Source: the human T2T-CHM13v2.0 reference genome, Homo sapiens
DNA length: 64,000 nt
Assembly (NCBI RefSeq): GCF_009914755.1
Contig: NC_060947.1
Direction: 5' to 3' (one strand)
A model generated the notes under the pieces. It had not been told where the DNA came from. It searched no databases and was given only the letters and a program-made list of their open reading frames with translations. A program made the position numbers and the translations under genes. Positions 61,345 through 64,000 of the stretch are shown piece by piece (within the stretch, counting starts at the first letter, position 1; each line of letters begins with the position of its first letter).

Positions 61345-61900
61345 AATTATGGCAGTAGCAGTGACGATGGAGAGAAGGAGAAGTGGAGATTGGAAGAAGA
61401 GTTGGCAGAGCTTAGTAATGGGTTGGATATAAAGAGTGAAAGCAAAAAAGAATCAACAATAATTCATAGAGTTTTGACTTGAGTGGCTCTTTGGAAGGTA
61501 ATGCCGTTTACTGAGTTGGGGAAGGTGGGCAGGGCATTACTGTTTACTGAGTTGGGGAAGGTAGGCAGGGATAGGGAAGCAGACTGAGAGGCAGAGAATC
61601 AAGAGCAATGCTTTGGTCATGTCAAATGTGAGATGTCTGTCAGATAGCCATGTGGCTATCTAGTCAAGTAGACCATAGGCAATATGAGTGTGGCGTTCTA
61701 GAGGGAGGTCAGGGCTGGATATTTAGAGCTGGAAGTCATGAGTATGTGGAGAACCTCAGCATATGCTTGGAACTGAAATAGGTGACCTATGCTTGCTGCC
61801 TGGATTTAGAGTCTGGGCACAGGAGTAAGAGACAGCAACAGAGATCTAGAGAAGTAAGAGAACCAGAAGCCAAGTGAAGAAGCTCTTTTATTAAGGAGGT
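61345..61900 (-). mobile_element. L2 fragment
   Basis: GGCAGTAGCAGTG..GATGGAGAGAAG, TTTGGTCATGTCAAATGTGAGATGTCT, GAGGTCAGGGCTGGA. Confidence 0.75.
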
Positions 61901-62127
61901 GCACTCCACTCCACTTTGTCTATGGGAAGAGGAACACGCACATTGTCTTATATTTACATTAACACATACTAATCCTTTAAATTTAAGTAGCGCTTGGTTG
62001 ATCAAAGGTTTTTGCACAAGTTTTCTCATTTCACCTGTACAACAATCCCATGAGATGTGTATGATTGTCCTCATTTTGCATGGGAGGGAACTGCTGACAT
62101 ATTAAGTGAGTGTCCAGGGTCACAGTG

Positions 62128-62578
62128 CTTCAGGCTCCCCTAGAAGCAGAGCCTGAAGTGGAGATCCTTAAGTGGCTTATTCAGCAAGTGCCCTCAGGAG
62201 AAGGGGAAGGAGGAAAGCAGGATAGGACCAGGGAAGAGAGTTAAGCAAGGATGTGGTCTAGGTTTGAGGCTGACTTTAAGTTGATGGAGGGTGGGGCCAA
62301 GGCGGCATGGAGCATAAATAGGAGCACAGAATGAGCCCCTCCTTGAGATGGTTGGCCTTTTGTACCCCTATGTCAATCAGTCATTGGCCAGTGGCTGCCC
62401 CTGGGAGGCTAGGGGGGTTTAATCTCTTTGAAGAATTGGCTTTTGTCTGAGGGCAATTTCCTGGAAAAGGGGTCAGCTGCGAGTGAGTGGTTAGCTGCCT
62501 ACACCTACAGTAGCTAGGAGATGAGTTCACCCTCCAGGGAAAGGGTGTTTGGGCAGGGCACCAACAGTATCTTCTACA
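62128..62578 (-). mobile_element. LTR16-like ERVL LTR inserted in a MIR
   Basis: CCCCTAGAAGCAGAGCCTGA.., AAGCAAGGATGTGGTC, TCAGTCATTGGC, GGGCAGGGCACCAACAGTATC..CTACA; MIR halves on both sides. Confidence 0.7.
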
Positions 62579-64000
62579 TAGTACTAATGGGCATTGGGAT
62601 TTGAACCTAAGTCTTCTGGTGCAATATTCCATGGAGTTTCCCCATCTTCACACTGTGCTTTCCATTGCCCTGAGATCAATATAGAGTCCTTAATGCAGTG
62701 CATATTGTTACCATGGCTGGTGGAGGGATCAGACCTGAAGGGGAGGAAGGGAGGAGAGTAGTAACTGAGAGGTTCTAGTGAAGTGGGGGGAAGGAAAGAC
62801 ACTGGAAATAGAAGAGAAATATGATCTATCTATTACCATTACTTATATTGGTTAAAATGAAAAGGTCCTATATTCCAAATCTGCAAGTAGATATTTTCAT
62901 CCTTATATTAAGCTCTATTACCCATGTCTTCCAGATTAGAAATTTCATTTGCAAAACTGGTAACATGAAAAAATAATTGTTCAAATTTGGGACAATCATC
63001 TTACTGGAAGTGAGAGACAGCATTGGTTGGTAAGATTGTTCCTGTAAATATTTAAAACATCTTCCTTTCTCTGTATAAAACGCCTAACTTGATTTCAAAT
63101 GTTTTCATTGTCTTCCTTTCACGAGCCACTTTTGAGAAAATGCTGAAATTAGTTATACTTTGCTATAAAACTCCCGACAACTTTTCATGTCCATTTTTCC
63201 CTTCTTTTGTGACCTCAGGATAATTAAGTGTCTTTTTCTCCTGAGAAGAAATGTGAAGCATGTGGTGAGCCTGCTGGCCTATTTGCTGATTTATGGGTCA
63301 AGTCTCCAGTTATTACAGACAAAATTTGAAAGTCTCTGATTAAGAAGCCCTGCTGATTTAAGGATCTCACTAGAAATATGTGCATAATGAATTATCTACA
63401 GATAATAATTCAAATTGTCCCTGGGTGATTCATATCACCCGCTTTTATTAAATTATCCATTTTCTAGGGGATATTCAGGTCCGCACAAACTAAGATGTAG
63501 GGATGGACGTAATATTGTTAAGAAGTTTAACAGAAAACAGTTTTACTTTGGAAAGCATTTACTCCAAATTTGAAGCTAATTTTCACAAGGCAGTGAGTAG
63601 AGATGTGTGACTTAGATTTTTTTTTAAACCTGCTGTCTTGTATATGCTTGAACACTTGGCTTATTTAAACATTGTTTTTGCGAGAAGACAACCATTTTCT
63701 TGTGAGTGGTGATAGAGAGAAGCAGGATAAAAATAATCAAATTATTTCTTAGAAAAAAATGGAAACAGCAGCCATCAAGGTCCATTTTTAGCAAGGCACA
63801 TGGGCATGACAAGGCATTAGTTAAGAGAATGTGTCACCCTTAAATATGTAGGTTTATTTAACAATGGAACAAGTAGATATATAAAGAACAGAGCTCCAGG
63901 ACTGGGAATTCAGAAAGGCCTATTTTTTTTTCTTTCTTTTTTTTTTTTCCAGGAATGAAGATTATTTTTTAAAAATCTCTCTCTCTCTCTTTCTCTCTTT

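Overview
Primate (human-like) non-coding DNA, intronic or intergenic, AT-rich and dominated by interspersed repeats. I can support no protein-coding gene, RNA gene or CRISPR array. The supplied ORFs are Alu/L1/LTR-derived or random, apart from fossil transposon ORFs. Contents: about 20 Alus (J, S and Y types, most with readable target-site duplications, TSDs), old L1M/L2/MIR fragments, two L1P 3' fragments, and two LTR-internal-LTR MaLR elements (MST-type at 34.7-37.8 kb, MLT1A-type at 51.2-53.3 kb). There are also several ERV1/ERVL solo LTRs (MER72-, MER51-, MER74-, LTR9-, LTR8-, LTR16-, MLT2-like) and DNA transposons (MER5, MER58, Tigger3a, MADE1). The most notable item is a near full-length decayed hAT/Charlie10-like element (19.2-22.9 kb, minus strand) whose broken transposase reads like the SCAND3/ZBED9 (Buster-type) domain. 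Other points of interest: multi-level nested insertions, an OCT/SOX-motif LTR9 beside an AP-1-bearing LTR8, a MADE1/miR-548-like hairpin, a TATA-ATG-donor candidate first exon at 28.5 kb, and many short tandem duplications. Subfamily names come from my recall of consensus sequences and need Dfam/RepeatMasker confirmation. I found no convincing novel biological system.
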